This document shows, in pieces, positions 20,001 through 30,826 of a stretch of DNA of 64,000 bases. The position numbers and the translations under genes were made by a program. How positions within the stretch are numbered: position 1 is the first letter of the stretch; each line of letters begins with the position of its first letter. Under the pieces are notes generated by a model. It was given only the letters and a program-made list of their open reading frames with translations, made no database searches and was not told where the DNA came from. Source of the DNA: an uncultured Chloroflexia bacterium (GTDB lineage Bacteria; Chloroflexota; Anaerolineae; B4-G1; SLSP01); the NCBI GenBank assembly GCA_963751345.1, contig CAVVUS010000018.1, forward strand, positions 32,001 to 96,000. The letters run 5' to 3'.

Positions 20001-21367
20001 AGGAAAGCCGTCTGCTTCCTCCCAGGATCAGCTCGAGCAGCGGCACGAAGTCGGCGACGCGCTTGGCACGGATGACCAGATCCCACAGCGGCTCGAACTT
20101 CTTCCACCCGCCCGTGTAGGCGAGGTGGCGCAGCCGGGCAAGAGGCTGCTGCTTGGTTCCGGCGGCCTCCAGAATGTTGGGCCAACTGTAGAAGTCGTGG
20201 TAGGCCTGCCAATAGCCGGCCTCCAGTGCCTCCGCCGTCATCCTCGCCGGGCGGAAGACGGCGTGTCGGGTGTCGTAGAGGTCCCAATCCTCCGTCGTGA
20301 TGCGACCCTCTGCCGCCATTCTTCTGTGGAGCGCCGTGCCGGGGTAGGGCGTGAGGATGTGAAAGGTCGCCGTCTCGATCCCCTGCGCTACGGCCCAGCT
20401 TACCGTACGGTCGAAGACGCTGTCGTCGTCTTCGTCCATCCCGAAGACGAAGCTGCCGTTGATCATCACGCCCAGATCGTGAAGCTTGCGGATCGCAAGG
20501 TCGTAGTCGCGCTGAAGGTTGTGGAGCTTGTGCTGTGCCTTCAGGTTGGCCTGATTGAGGGTCTCGAAGCCAATGAAAAGGCTGCGCAGGCCGCACGCAA
20601 CGGCCTGTTCGATCAAGCCCGGTGTGAGCACGGCCTGCACCGTGCCGGCTGCTTGCCACAGACGACCCATCCCGCGCATACCCGTCGAACAGCGACCCTG
20701 CAAAGTGAGGGTTCCCAAAGAGGTTGTCGTCGAGGAAGAAGAGGTGGCGTCCGGGCAGCCTCTCGATCTCGGCGAGGGCCTCGTCCACAGGTTGGGTGTA
20801 GAAGGATTTGCCGCCCTCGAAGAAGGCTTCTTTGTAGCAGAAATCGCAGGCGTGCGGGCAGCCGCGCGAGACCACGATGCTGTTGGGCACCAGGTAGAGG
20901 CGGCGCCGGATCAGGTCGCGGCGTGGGCTGGGCGCGCCGGTCAGGCAGCGTTGGGTCGAGCGATAGATCGAGTGAGGGCTCCCGGCGCGGAAATCCGTGA
21001 GAAACAAAGGCCACGTGTCCTCGCCTGGGCCCAGGAAAATCGTGTCAGCGTGCTGGGCGGCCTCCTGCGGCAGTGCCGTGACGTGCAAGCCCCCGAGGGC
21101 AACGTGGGCACCCCGGCGGCGGTAGTGATCGGCAAGCTCGTAGGCGCGGTGAGCCGAGGTGATGTAGACCTCAATCGCGACAAGGTCCGGGGTGTCCTCC
21201 AGGTCGAGCGTCTGGACGTGCTCGTCTTCCAGCGTCACCTCATCGTCATCGCTGAGGTAGCCCGCCAGCGTCGCCAGACCCAGGGGAGGGAAGAGCGAGT
21301 ACTTGATGGGTCGCCAATATGGGCTCTTGGCCTCGGTCAGCGCAGGTAGGATCATCTTGACTTTCAT
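19942..21367 (-). CDS. B12-binding radical SAM protein (frameshift near 20680)
   Basis: PPLGLATLAGY, GGLHVT, SRGCPHACDFC, IGFETL, TPYPGT. Confidence 0.88.
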
Positions 21368-21438
21368 GAGCCCCATCTTAGCAGAGTTGACGTGCCTCAG
21401 TCCACGTCCCGCGCCCACGCATTGGCGCACTCAGGTGC

Positions 21439-21467
21439 TTGACAGCGCCCTCTGACATCACTACAGT
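21439..21467 (+). promoter_or_regulatory. Sigma70 promoter, probably giving a leaderless mRNA
   Basis: TTGACA-N17-TACAGT, 6 nt before ATG 21474; no SD. Confidence 0.65.
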
Positions 21468-21473
21468 CAGGCT

Positions 21474-22230
21474 ATGACGAACTTGCCTCTGCTGAGGGTC
21501 CTGCTCGTTGAGGATAATGACGCACTTCGCCGCGCGCTAAGCGTGGGATTGGCTGCCACCGGCGAGGTGCGTGTGGTCGGCGACGTGCCGAGTGGCGAGG
21601 CCGCGCTGCCTCTGTGCCTCGAGATGTCCCCCGACGCCGTCCTGATGGATGTCCAACTTGCCGGCACGCTGAACGGCATCCAGGCTACCGTGGCGCTACG
21701 TCGCGAAATCCCCCGGCTGCCCGTGGTCTTCTATTCCATCCAGGATGACGATGCCTATTACCGCGACTTCCTGGCATCAGGAATCCTCTCTCATTATGCT
21801 TACGTCCGCAAGACCAACTACTTGCTGCCGGAGAGCATCGTGCCTTTGCTCCGCGATGCCGCCGCCGGTCGAAGCTTTATTGACCCCGAGATCGAGGCCC
21901 GCGTCCAGGCCGTGCGGCAAAAGGATGCCCACGATCCCCTGGCGCTGTTGGAGCCCAACGAACAGGAGGTGGTCGCGCTTCTGGCGCTGGGGCTAACCAA
22001 CGAGCAGATCGCAGTTCGGTTGGGGTTTCGCGACAAGCGCGCCGTCAGCCGCACCAATGGCCAGATCTACACTGCGTGGGCTCTCAACGAGACCTCTACG
22101 GACGAGAAAGTGGCTCGGACTCGCGCCGCTCTCATCTATCAGAATCGTGAACTGCTGATTTGGGATGAGGAGGGGCAGGCTTACGCGATGGATAGGCGAC
22201 GGCCACTGGTCTCGGTGGGGGGCCGGATGA
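21474..22230 (+). CDS. NarL/LuxR-type response regulator (frameshift near 22195)
   Basis: LLVEDN, PDAVLMDVQL, GLTNEQIAVRL HTH; alternative frame stops at TGA 22228-22230 overlapping the next ATG. Confidence 0.8.
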
Positions 22231-24339
22231 GCGGCAGCGTCATCCTTGACTGGGCCCTTCTGACCGTTTCTCTCTTCAATACCATTCTGCTGCTCTGGCT
22301 GGGATTGGTCGTCCTGCTCACTGCCGAGCGCCGCACCTGGGGGATTTGGCTTGCCGGGGTCGGGCTGCTTATCGGGGCGGCTTTTTTCGTCAGCCACTCG
22401 ACGATCCTGAGCCACAACCTGACCTATCTTGGCGCGGGTACGGAGTTCTGGTGGCGCGTCGGGTGGACGGCCCTCGTGGTCCTGCCGTACGCCTGGTACA
22501 TTCTGATGCTGTGGTATGCGGGTTTCTGGGAGGCACGATCGTCAGCTTTGCGCCGGGGCCACCAGGTTTGGCTTCTGGTGACAGCCGCGATAACGCTGGG
22601 CCTGCTCATGCTCGTGGTCTTCCCCGAAACGCTGCCTGATTACTCGCAGACCGTCGAGCTCAACTTGGGAAGTGCCCTCGAGGTGGCGGGGGTTCCCATC
22701 ATGCTGATTGCCTTTCCACTTCATGCGATCCTCAACGTTAGTCTCGCCTTGGCCGGTCTGGCGCATCCCGAGCCCTCGCGCAGACGAATGGGCGCCCTGG
22801 CCCGTCGGCGGGCGCATCCATGGCTGGTCGGGGCCTCGATTGCCCTGCTTATGGCCAGCCTGCTGGTGGTGGCGATCCTGACGTGGATCGCCGTGGATGT
22901 ACGGCAGGCGCGCACCCTATTCGTCGATGCCACGATCGTTCTCGCGGTGGCGTGGTTCGACCTGGCGATTGCCACCACCATCGGTGTCGCCGTGGTCCTG
23001 TTGGGTCGGGCCATCGTGGCCTATGAGATCTTCACGGGGCACAATCTGCCTCGCCAGGGCTTTCTCCGTCACTGGCAGCGGATGATCATCCTGGCGGCAG
23101 GCTATAGTGTCGTCATGGCCGGGAGTCTCACAGCGGGGCTGCGGCCTATCTACAGCGTGCTCCTTACCGCCGCTATCATGACCATGTTCTTCGCTATGCT
23201 CGTCTGGCGGTCTTTCGATGAGCGGGAGCAAGCAATCCGGCAGCTCCGGCCCTTTGTGAGCAGTCAGGGGCTCTACGATCATCTGCTTGGCGGGGGCGCT
23301 GCGAGCTTTGCCGATGCGGACGTCTTTTTCGTTGCCCTCTGCGAGAACGTCCTGGGTGCAGGCCTCGCATACTTGATTCCTGCAGGCTCGTCGACAGCGC
23401 TTATGCGCTCGCCCATTGTGTATCCCGGAGGTAGCACCTCACCCAGTCTGTCGTCACAGGATCTGGTGCGGCGTATGAGCGAAGCAGAGGCTATGCCCCT
23501 GGCAATCGATCCTGACCGGTACGGCGGGGCGGCGTGGGCCGTGCCATTGTTGCGGGAGGGCGAGCTGAGCGGAGTGCTTGCTGTTGGGCGAGAAGCGCGA
23601 TGGGGGCCTCTACACGCAGGAGGAGATAGAAATCGCGCGTGCCGGCGGAGAGCGGGTGGTCGATATCCAGGTGGGTGCCGAGATGGCTCGTCGGCTCATG
23701 GCCCTTCAGCGTCAGAAGTTGGCTGAAGGCCAGATCATTGATCAGCGCCCACGGCGTGTCTTGCACGACGATGTGTTGCCTCGCTTGCATGCGGTCATGC
23801 TCGGCTTGAGCGCAGGTGAACCTACTTCAGAGGTGATGTCGCTCCTCGCCGAGACACATCGTCAGCTGTCGGACCTGCTGCACGAGATGCCCACGCGCCC
23901 TGCCCCTGAGGTGGCGCGTCTAGGCCTTGTCGGCGCATTGCAGCAGGAGCTGGCGGTCGAGCTACCGGATAGCTTCGACGATGTTATCTGGGAGATCGAG
24001 CCCGACGTAACGTTGAGGATCGCCGAGGTCCCGGATCTTGCCACCGAGGTCGTCTTCTATGCGGCTCGGGAGGCGATGCGTAACGCCGCACGTCACGGTC
24101 GAGGAGGGTCGGAAGCGTCACCGCTCGCCTTGCACGTTCGCGTGACCTGGGAGGCGGGGTTGATCGTGGAGGTCGAGGACAACGGTGCGGGCATCTGCCT
24201 TTCGGATGCCGAGACGTCCGGTAGCGGCCAGGGGCTCGCTCTGCACAGCACGCTGATGGCCGTCATCGGGGGGACACTGGAGGTCGACAGTGCAGCAGGG
24301 CGTGGGACGCGTGTAACGCTGCGGCTGCCGAGGGCGTAA
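22227..24339 (+). CDS. Polytopic membrane sensor histidine kinase, HisKA_3 type (frameshift near 23580)
   Basis: Many TM helices; LHDDVLP H-box, EAMRNAARH, EDNGAG, GSGQGL. Confidence 0.82.
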
Positions 24340-24437
24340 CGATTAGCGATCGATCGGAGTGACAGCCCCACGATCAACGTCAACCAGTGTGGAATCAGGA
24401 GAGCTTCTTGGGAACAGACCTTCACCTCGTTCCCGTT

Positions 24438-24495
24438 CAGGCGGATCTGTGATCCGCCGACTCTATTGAGGCCCGGCGGATCACAGATCCGCCTG
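24438..24495. repeat. REP-like doublet: perfect 22-bp inverted repeat whose arms are themselves palindromes
   Basis: CAGGCGGATCTGTGATCCGCCG-N14-CGGCGGATCACAGATCCGCCTG, between convergent genes. Confidence 0.85.
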
Positions 24496-24515
24496 GAACA
24501 TGCGCAGCCATTGCG

Positions 24516-25361
24516 CTAGGGTTCCGATGCCGTCACCCGGATCCTGTCCGGCGCGCCATCGATTCCTGGCACGAGGACGAGGTCGCGATAGGTGCCCACC
24601 GGGCTTCGCCATACGTTGCTGAACCCCCAGCCGTGCCAACGCCAGACGGCCAGGGTGGATGCCTCAGCGACAGCCTCGCCGGCATCCGCCTGCGCCTCGA
24701 GCACTACGAGGTCTTCTGCTCCATCGCCATCCACGTCGCCGAGCGCGACCTCCAGGATCGGCTCGGCGATCGGGGAGCCTCCCCAAAGGATGCGATATTG
24801 CCCCTGGCGGTAACCGACGATAAAGGGCTGGCTTCGCGGTACCCCCGCGGCATCATCGCGCCAGAACGCCACCAACAGCTCGTAGCGCCCATCCTGGTTG
24901 GGGTCGCCGAGCGCCACATCGACCACGGTCCAATCGGACGGGCTGCGCCAGGCTTCCGCTCCGTCCTGGATCGATGGTGACCGTGTCAGCCGTGAGCCGG
25001 ACGCTCTCCGGCACGCCATCCCCGGTCAGGTCAATCTCGCCGGTGGAGAAACTGCCCGGTATCGAACCGGCCGGCAGCTCCGTCTGACCCTCCCGCGATC
25101 TGCCAGCAGGTTTCGGTGTTGCACTGAAACTCTGCCGGACTCAGAGAGTGCCTGTGCATCCGCCGCAGATCCTGGGCCAGTCCGTTCTCGAGTCTGCGGA
25201 CATAGGGCCAACTCTTTCCCGACGACGAGGGCGATCGCGACAGATGCCCAGGGCGACCGCGCCGAGCCAGAGGAACCGGCGCGATCGCCCTGCTTGCGAT
25301 GCTGGGGGTGTTCCTCCGACGGTGGGTCGGGAGCGCTACCAGCTCGGAGGCGCATCCGCAT
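24516..25361 (-). CDS. FG-GAP/VCBS-like repeat protein (frameshifted N-terminus, start uncertain)
   Basis: GDPNQDGRYEL, GDVDGDGAEDLVVLE, WRWHGWGF. Confidence 0.6.
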
Positions 25362-28036
25362 AGACCGCGCTCGTCACCTGCCAGACGGTGCCGTAGGTAT
25401 AGGTCTCTTGCTCGATCGTGTAGGTCACGTCCAGACTATAGGGCCCGCGCTCCGCGCTGGGTGCTCGTCGTAAGATGGATAGTCGCCGGTGTAGGTGTAG
25501 AGGGCATCCTGCCACGTCTCACGCACCGTGACCACAGCCAGGGTCGGTGACTGAAGATCGTTGGAGCGAAAGTGCGTGTTCACCAACTGGTGGCCCATAT
25601 AGCTCTTCGCGTCACGCAGTGCCTGAATCTCGGGCGCGAACTGCATCAGAGCCGGTTCATCCTCCCGAATAGCCTCTCGCTGTTCCCAATAGGCCGACGT
25701 CACGGACTTCTCGAAGTTCAGGACCGCCTCCTGGAGCCCGCTGTACTCGCCGGACTGTGTGAAGAACGACGCCGTCCAATCCGGCGTCGAGGGTGCCGTC
25801 CCCTCGTCGAGCATCTGCCGCCATGCGTCGTCGGTCAGGCGGTCGTTCGCGGGCCACGGAAACTCATAGTAGGAGAAGGTGCCGCCCAGGGCGACCTGGA
25901 GGCTGACGCTGCCGTCGTCGGCGACCACAGGCACGATCGCGTGCAGCTCGTTGATGCGGCCGACCGCGACCTCCAGCGCGACGGGGCCGTCTGCGTGCTC
26001 GACCCGGATCGGTCGCGACGTCCGCGATAACGGCGGCCTGCGGCTCCTCATCCATGATGGGGCCGCCGCCGGGTCCCTCGGACTCGGTGTCTGCCGACGC
26101 CATCGTCAGGTTCTCCAGTTCCCCGCCATAGTATCGAATCCGGGTGTACTCGGCATCGGTCAGGGCCTCGCCCCGGAGCTCTTTCTCCGCCATCGTCTGG
26201 AAGGCGGTGGCGAGATCCTCAAGCTGGCGGAGGCTCGACGCGTCCTGGTCGTCGAGAAGCCCGCGGCTCTCCAAGCCCTCGACGGTCATCGCCGTGAGCG
26301 CGGCAAGGCGCGCGTAGAAGGTGGGCACCGGCTCGACGTAGCCCCTGGGCGGAAGAGGCGGCGGCGGTGGCGGCCCGGCCCCCATCTCCGCGTATACCTG
26401 CTTGGCGTAGAGGATGGTATCGTGTTTCAGCTCGGCCCAACTTCCCAGCGCCGTGTTTAGCTGTTTGTCGAGCCACGCCGGTGATTGCATGAAGGTGGGG
26501 TAGCCACTTCCCGGGACGTCCAGGAGGGGATGAAACGTATAGAGCCAGCTGTTGTATAGGGTCTCGGTCCAGTCGTCGACGGTGAGGCCGCTCAACCACG
26601 TCTGAACTTCCGCCATTTGCGACGGATAGTTGGCGTAGGATGTTTCTCCCATCTCGTCGAGGTGCTGGTAGGCGCGGTCGGATCCCATCGCGGCGAAGAC
26701 GTCCAGCCCCATGGGCAGCCCGCGACGGTCCTCTCGCGTTCCCACGTTGCGGTAGATCAGTTGGCGGAAGATATAGGCGTCGGGCACAAAGCGCTGGCCC
26801 ATAAAGCGCAGACCTTTCGTCATCGCCTCCTCGTCGTCGGTGTCCGCGATCACGATCCCCAGGATCTTGGGCGGCGGCAATTGGTCCGCCAGCGCGATGA
26901 AGGCATCGAGCTTTCCCTCATCCACCAGGGACGTCACCGAGGCATCGGTACCGTAGATGGCATCCATCACCGCCGCGTACTGATAGACCGTGAGATCGTC
27001 GCTGCGTCCGACGAAAAAGACGGTGGGGCTGTAGAGCTCATCCCAGACGTCCAGGGCCGGGCGCCCTCCGACGGTCGCCGCGCGCAGGGCGTGGACGAGG
27101 ATGAGCGCGCTACGAGACTCGGCGCGGCCAACCTCCGGGTCCGGTGGATTCAGGCGGAACGTCATCCGCCCGTACCACATCATGCTCTTGAAGTAGGCAG
27201 TGAGGTCCTCGCTGATCGTGTAGTGACCGCGCGGGATGTACTGTGTGTAATCCTCACCGTACGGAAGGCCGGGGAAGATAGGCGAGGGCAGCGTGCCGGC
27301 GGCATCCTCGATATTCGCTACCTCGGCGTTGACCAGGTCTTGTGCATATGGCGGGACGTCGAGGGTCGGATCGAGCAGCTTCCCCGCCACGGCGACAAAG
27401 GCGACCGTGCGCCGCGCGGCATCCTCCCACGGGGTGGTGCGAAGGGCCTGGTAGTCCGCGTCCGCTTGTGCGAGCAGACCCCGGTTGAGATCTCGAAGCA
27501 GCGGGATGAAGTAGGTAACTTCGGCCGTGCGGAGAACCTTGTCAAAGAGGAGGTGATAGGTGTGCAGGAGCGAGTCGCTGGTCACAAAGATGGGGACGTT
27601 GCGATAGCGAGCTTGCTCGTAGAGCATGAAGAATTCCTTCTCCGCGCCCGGGCTGACGGCGAAACCATCGGTGGTCAGCCGCTCGATCTGGTCCTGGGAG
27701 AGGACGAAAGGGATCGAGACGTTCTTCAGAGCCCGGAGACACTTTCTCCATGTCGAGGCTGGGGACGGTGGTGACCTTCTGCTCCTGGAAAACCGCAAAC
27801 ACCACCTTGTGTGCCTCGGGCACGTCGACTGCAGGCGGCGCTGTCGTGGGTGACGCTTCTCCGGTCGGTGCTGCCTGCTCGGTCGAGGCCGCAACCGGCG
27901 TAGAGGTTGCGGCTGGCGCATTTGTCGGCGGGATGTTCGTTGGTGACGCGGCCGGGGCTAGAAAGTTGCAGTTCATAGCCAACAGCGCAATCAAAACGGC
28001 AATCCATAGGGATCTCAGATTTCGGGGCTTGTTCAT
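25336..28036 (-). CDS. DUF3160 domain lipoprotein with an extra C-terminal domain (three frameshifts)
   Basis: Lipobox LAMNC, PT-rich linker, PIFVTSDSLLH, DYTQYIPRGHYT, WAELKHDTILYAKQ, FSYYEF..RLTDDAW; stop at 25336-25338. Confidence 0.82.
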
Positions 28037-28065
28037 CACTCACCTCCAGGCGGCTTGACACCCCC

Positions 28066-28094
28066 ATTATAGGGCCGGGAAGTGTTGTCAACAA
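28066..28094 (-). promoter_or_regulatory. Sigma70 promoter for the DUF3160 gene
   Basis: Minus strand TTGTTG-N17-TATAAT, overlapped by the palindrome TGTTGACAACA. Confidence 0.5.
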
Positions 28095-28125
28095 GCCACC
28101 GACGAGCGCGGGTGATTGCTTACCA

Positions 28126-28232
28126 AGTGCCGGGGACCTCGGAAGGCTCCCCGGCACTGCTCCCAATCCGCAAATGGTCTCAGCCAACGGCGTGCTGATC
28201 CGGTGCCGGGGACTTTCCGCAGTCCCCGGTAT
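28126..28232. repeat. Two GTGCCGGGGAC...TCCCCGG[C/T]A REP-like hairpins
   Basis: 28126-28158 and 28203-28232; a third copy lies at 40360-40404. Confidence 0.8.
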
Positions 28233-28251
28233 CATGCGGCGTGTCATTGTG

Positions 28252-30618
28252 CTATCTCGCGAGCCGATGGGCGGCGCCCGTCACGGTGTCCGCAACCACT
28301 CGGCCGACCCAGCGCAGGATCGCCAACGGCACCGAGGTCGAGCCCTGGGGCCGGACGTTGAGAGGCCCTCCGTTCCCCGGAACCATCTGGGTCGCATTTT
28401 GCGTCAGACTTGATCCTCCCGGCGCCTGCAGTTCAAACGCGGACTCCGGCGTATCCGGATCGACTACCTGGATGACCTTGCCCTTGTAGGAGAAAAGCAC
28501 GTTGTTGCCCGCCTGGAGGAAGGCCCTCGCTTCCGGATCCTTCGCCAGCTCGAAGTATGCAGCCGACCCGAAATCAATCCGTCGATCGACGCTGACGTTC
28601 TCCGCGATCCAGGCGTCGGTGATGGGAACGTCCTGATCCCCCTTGCCTTGGAGCAGCGTCAGGTCGACGTGCTGTGTGCTGATCTGGGCGAGGTTGCGGA
28701 ATCCGCTCTGGGTGACGTTGGCGCCGCTGGCGAGGTTGGCCTGTGCAGCTTGTTGGTAGATCTGGTTCTGCACGCGGGCTTGGACCGTAATCTGCCCGGC
28801 GGCCTGGTTGAGTGCCTGCTGATTGCCATACAGCGCCATGTTTTCGAGAGAGGCCGCACCTCCTGCCTGCGCGGCGATGACGAAGGTCGTGTAGGGTGTC
28901 ACCAGGCCGTAGGTGAGACCCAGATCGCGGATTCTGCTGACGAGGGCAGGGCTTTCGCCCTCAACGCGGACCTCGTCGAGCAACCGGCCGATCTCGCGCG
29001 TGGCCCAGAGCCTCGGGACGAAGGCTTCGTTGCCCGCGGCGTCGAGGTCGAAGACGTACTCGAAGGTGCGTTCTTGTGCACCGGCCTGACCGCTCACGTG
29101 GACGGTGACACTCCTGTCCGTGGCATAGAATCTGCCGGTCAGTAGCAGACTGGATCCGTCGAACATATCGGGCAGCATCTGGGGCTGGAGATCCTCAACC
29201 GTCATCCCCTCGAATGTCACCTTGAGATCCGTGAGCACTGGGCTGGCGACACGGTGGTAGAAGCTCGTAAGCACCCGTTCCAGATCCTCGCCAGGCTGGA
29301 CATAAGTGACCGAGCCACCGTTCTGCGCCGCCAATTGATCGAGCAGGTGGGTGTTCACATCGTAGCCGACGCCGAAGACGTGGAGACGCGCTTCAACGCG
29401 CCGGTTGTTTCGCTCAGCCTGCCTGGCGATGTCCACAGGGTCGGTCAGACCGGCGGTGGGCAGGCCATCGGTGAGGAAGACGACCAATCGCGTAGCGCCA
29501 TGCCGGGCCTCACTGTCGCGCAGGATGTCGAGACCGCGCTTCAGGGCTGCGTCGATATCGGTGCTCTCGCGAGCGTAGAGGTTGGCGGCGAAGTCGCGTG
29601 CCGCCCGTACCGTATCGGGCTTCACCGGCTGCAAGGTCGCGGCAAAGACGTCAAGCCGGTCGTCAAATCCCACGATGGAGAAGCGATCGTCCTCGTTGAG
29701 CTGGCCGAGGATGAACTGAATCGCCCTCTGCGCCTGCTCGATCTTCTCACCCTCCATACTTCCGGATCGGTCGATAACGAAGACGATGTCCTTGGGTAGC
29801 GCGGGGGCACTCTCCTGCGCGTGGTCAGGGGCGAAGAGGAACAGGAAGTGCCCCTCCGGCTCACCGTCGAGCCCAGGCTGCCGGCCCGTGATCAAACCAC
29901 TGCCGAACCCTCCTTCAGCCGGGGCGAAAAAGAGATGGAAATCCTCCGTGGGCTGAACGTACTCGGCTTTCCAGGTGACCTGGGCTCGACCGGCTTCCTG
30001 CCGCTCGGTCGTGATCGGGTGGGATGAGGAATAGATCGTGCTCAGTCCGCTCGACGAGGTCAGGTTGACGGTGATGGACGCTTCCTCCAGGAGGTCGGAG
30101 GTGTATCGCTCGGTGCTGAGCACGTAGCGATAGTGCAGCATTCCGGCTGTTGGGACAAGTACCTCCTCGTACTGGAGCGACATCTTGCGTGTTCCGTTCG
30201 CGGGGACCACGACCTCAAAGGTCAGCGTCTCCCAGTCTGCATACTGGAGCAACGAGGGATCGTGGCGCTCCGTGACCAGCCGATAGAGTGCAGCGTTGGT
30301 CACTGCGGCATCCTGCTTCCGGACAGTCTGGGGGCGCCCGTCCAGCGTGGCCTCAAAGGCGGTGACCATCGCCTCGGGGGGCACCGGAAAGATGTAAGAT
30401 GCCGTCACCTCGAATGGATGCGGGTTGTAGAAAGCCTGCTCGACGTGGGTGGTCGCGTGGGTCTCGTCGATGTCGACGGTCACGCGGTGATAAGGGACGA
30501 CGAGATAGCCGGTGCCGGCCTCCAATGGGAGGATCATGCCATCGGCCAGGACGGTCTGCGGCCACAGAATCGTCAGAAGCGCCAGCGACCATAGGATCAA
30601 GCGTTTTGTACGCATCAT
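28252..30618 (-). CDS. Secreted VIT + vWA domain protein (inter-alpha-trypsin inhibitor heavy chain-like)
   Basis: Signal peptide, VIT (THVEQAFYNP..YIFPVP), MIDAS DRSGSM, FLTDGLPT, LVTPYTTF. Confidence 0.9.
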   Translation of the reverse strand: MMRTKRLILWSLALLTILWPQTVLADGMILPLEAGTGYLVVPYHRVTVDIDETHATTHVEQAFYNPHPFEVTASYIFPVPPEAMVTAFEATLDGRPQTVRKQDAAVTNAALYRLVTERHDPSLLQYADWETLTFEVVVPANGTRKMSLQYEEVLVPTAGMLHYRYVLSTERYTSDLLEEASITVNLTSSSGLSTIYSSSHPITTERQEAGRAQVTWKAEYVQPTEDFHLFFAPAEGGFGSGLITGRQPGLDGEPEGHFLFLFAPDHAQESAPALPKDIVFVIDRSGSMEGEKIEQAQRAIQFILGQLNEDDRFSIVGFDDRLDVFAATLQPVKPDTVRAARDFAANLYARESTDIDAALKRGLDILRDSEARHGATRLVVFLTDGLPTAGLTDPVDIARQAERNNRRVEARLHVFGVGYDVNTHLLDQLAAQNGGSVTYVQPGEDLERVLTSFYHRVASPVLTDLKVTFEGMTVEDLQPQMLPDMFDGSSLLLTGRFYATDRSVTVHVSGQAGAQERTFEYVFDLDAAGNEAFVPRLWATREIGRLLDEVRVEGESPALVSRIRDLGLTYGLVTPYTTFVIAAQAGGAASLENMALYGNQQALNQAAGQITVQARVQNQIYQQAAQANLASGANVTQSGFRNLAQISTQHVDLTLLQGKGDQDVPITDAWIAENVSVDRRIDFGSAAYFELAKDPEARAFLQAGNNVLFSYKGKVIQVVDPDTPESAFELQAPGGSSLTQNATQMVPGNGGPLNVRPQGSTSVPLAILRWVGRVVADTVTGAAHRLAR

Positions 30619-30673
30619 TGAGTCTCCTCTCTGTCACAGGGTGTGGAATTACCACTCTCTTTGTACTGGATGA

Positions 30674-30692
30674 GTGTGACAGGGGAATGACA
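30674..30692 (-). promoter_or_regulatory. Pho-box-like direct repeat TGTCAT-N5-TGTCACAC
   Basis: Upstream of the VIT-vWA gene; the same motif occurs at 33104-33122. Confidence 0.6.
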
Positions 30693-30726
30693 GGAGACCG
30701 ATGGATGGGGGATAGACGCTCTCGCC

Positions 30727-30821
30727 AACTTTGCGAAGGTTACGTAGCGCCCTTATTTGCAGGTCGCTGCGCTTCCGCAGGCATCTGCGTTACACGACAC
30801 GGCACTAACCTTCCCAAGGTT
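30727..30821. repeat. Pair of AACCTTGCGAAGGTT-family palindromes
   Basis: AACTTTGCGAAGGTT (30727) and AACCTTCCCAAGGTT (30807); same family at 58560-58653. Confidence 0.7.
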
Positions 30822-30826
30822 CCCGG

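Noticed and set aside
19942-21367. Radical SAM enzyme as sulfatase maturase or RiPP enzyme
   Set aside because: It has a B12-binding N-terminal domain, no SPASM Cys cluster and no adjacent precursor peptide.
21474-23726. Apparent 750-aa response regulator-membrane protein fusion in the ORF track
   Set aside because: An alternative frame ends the regulator at TGA 22228-22230, overlapping ATG 22227 (ATGA coupling). One indel near 22195 explains the fusion.
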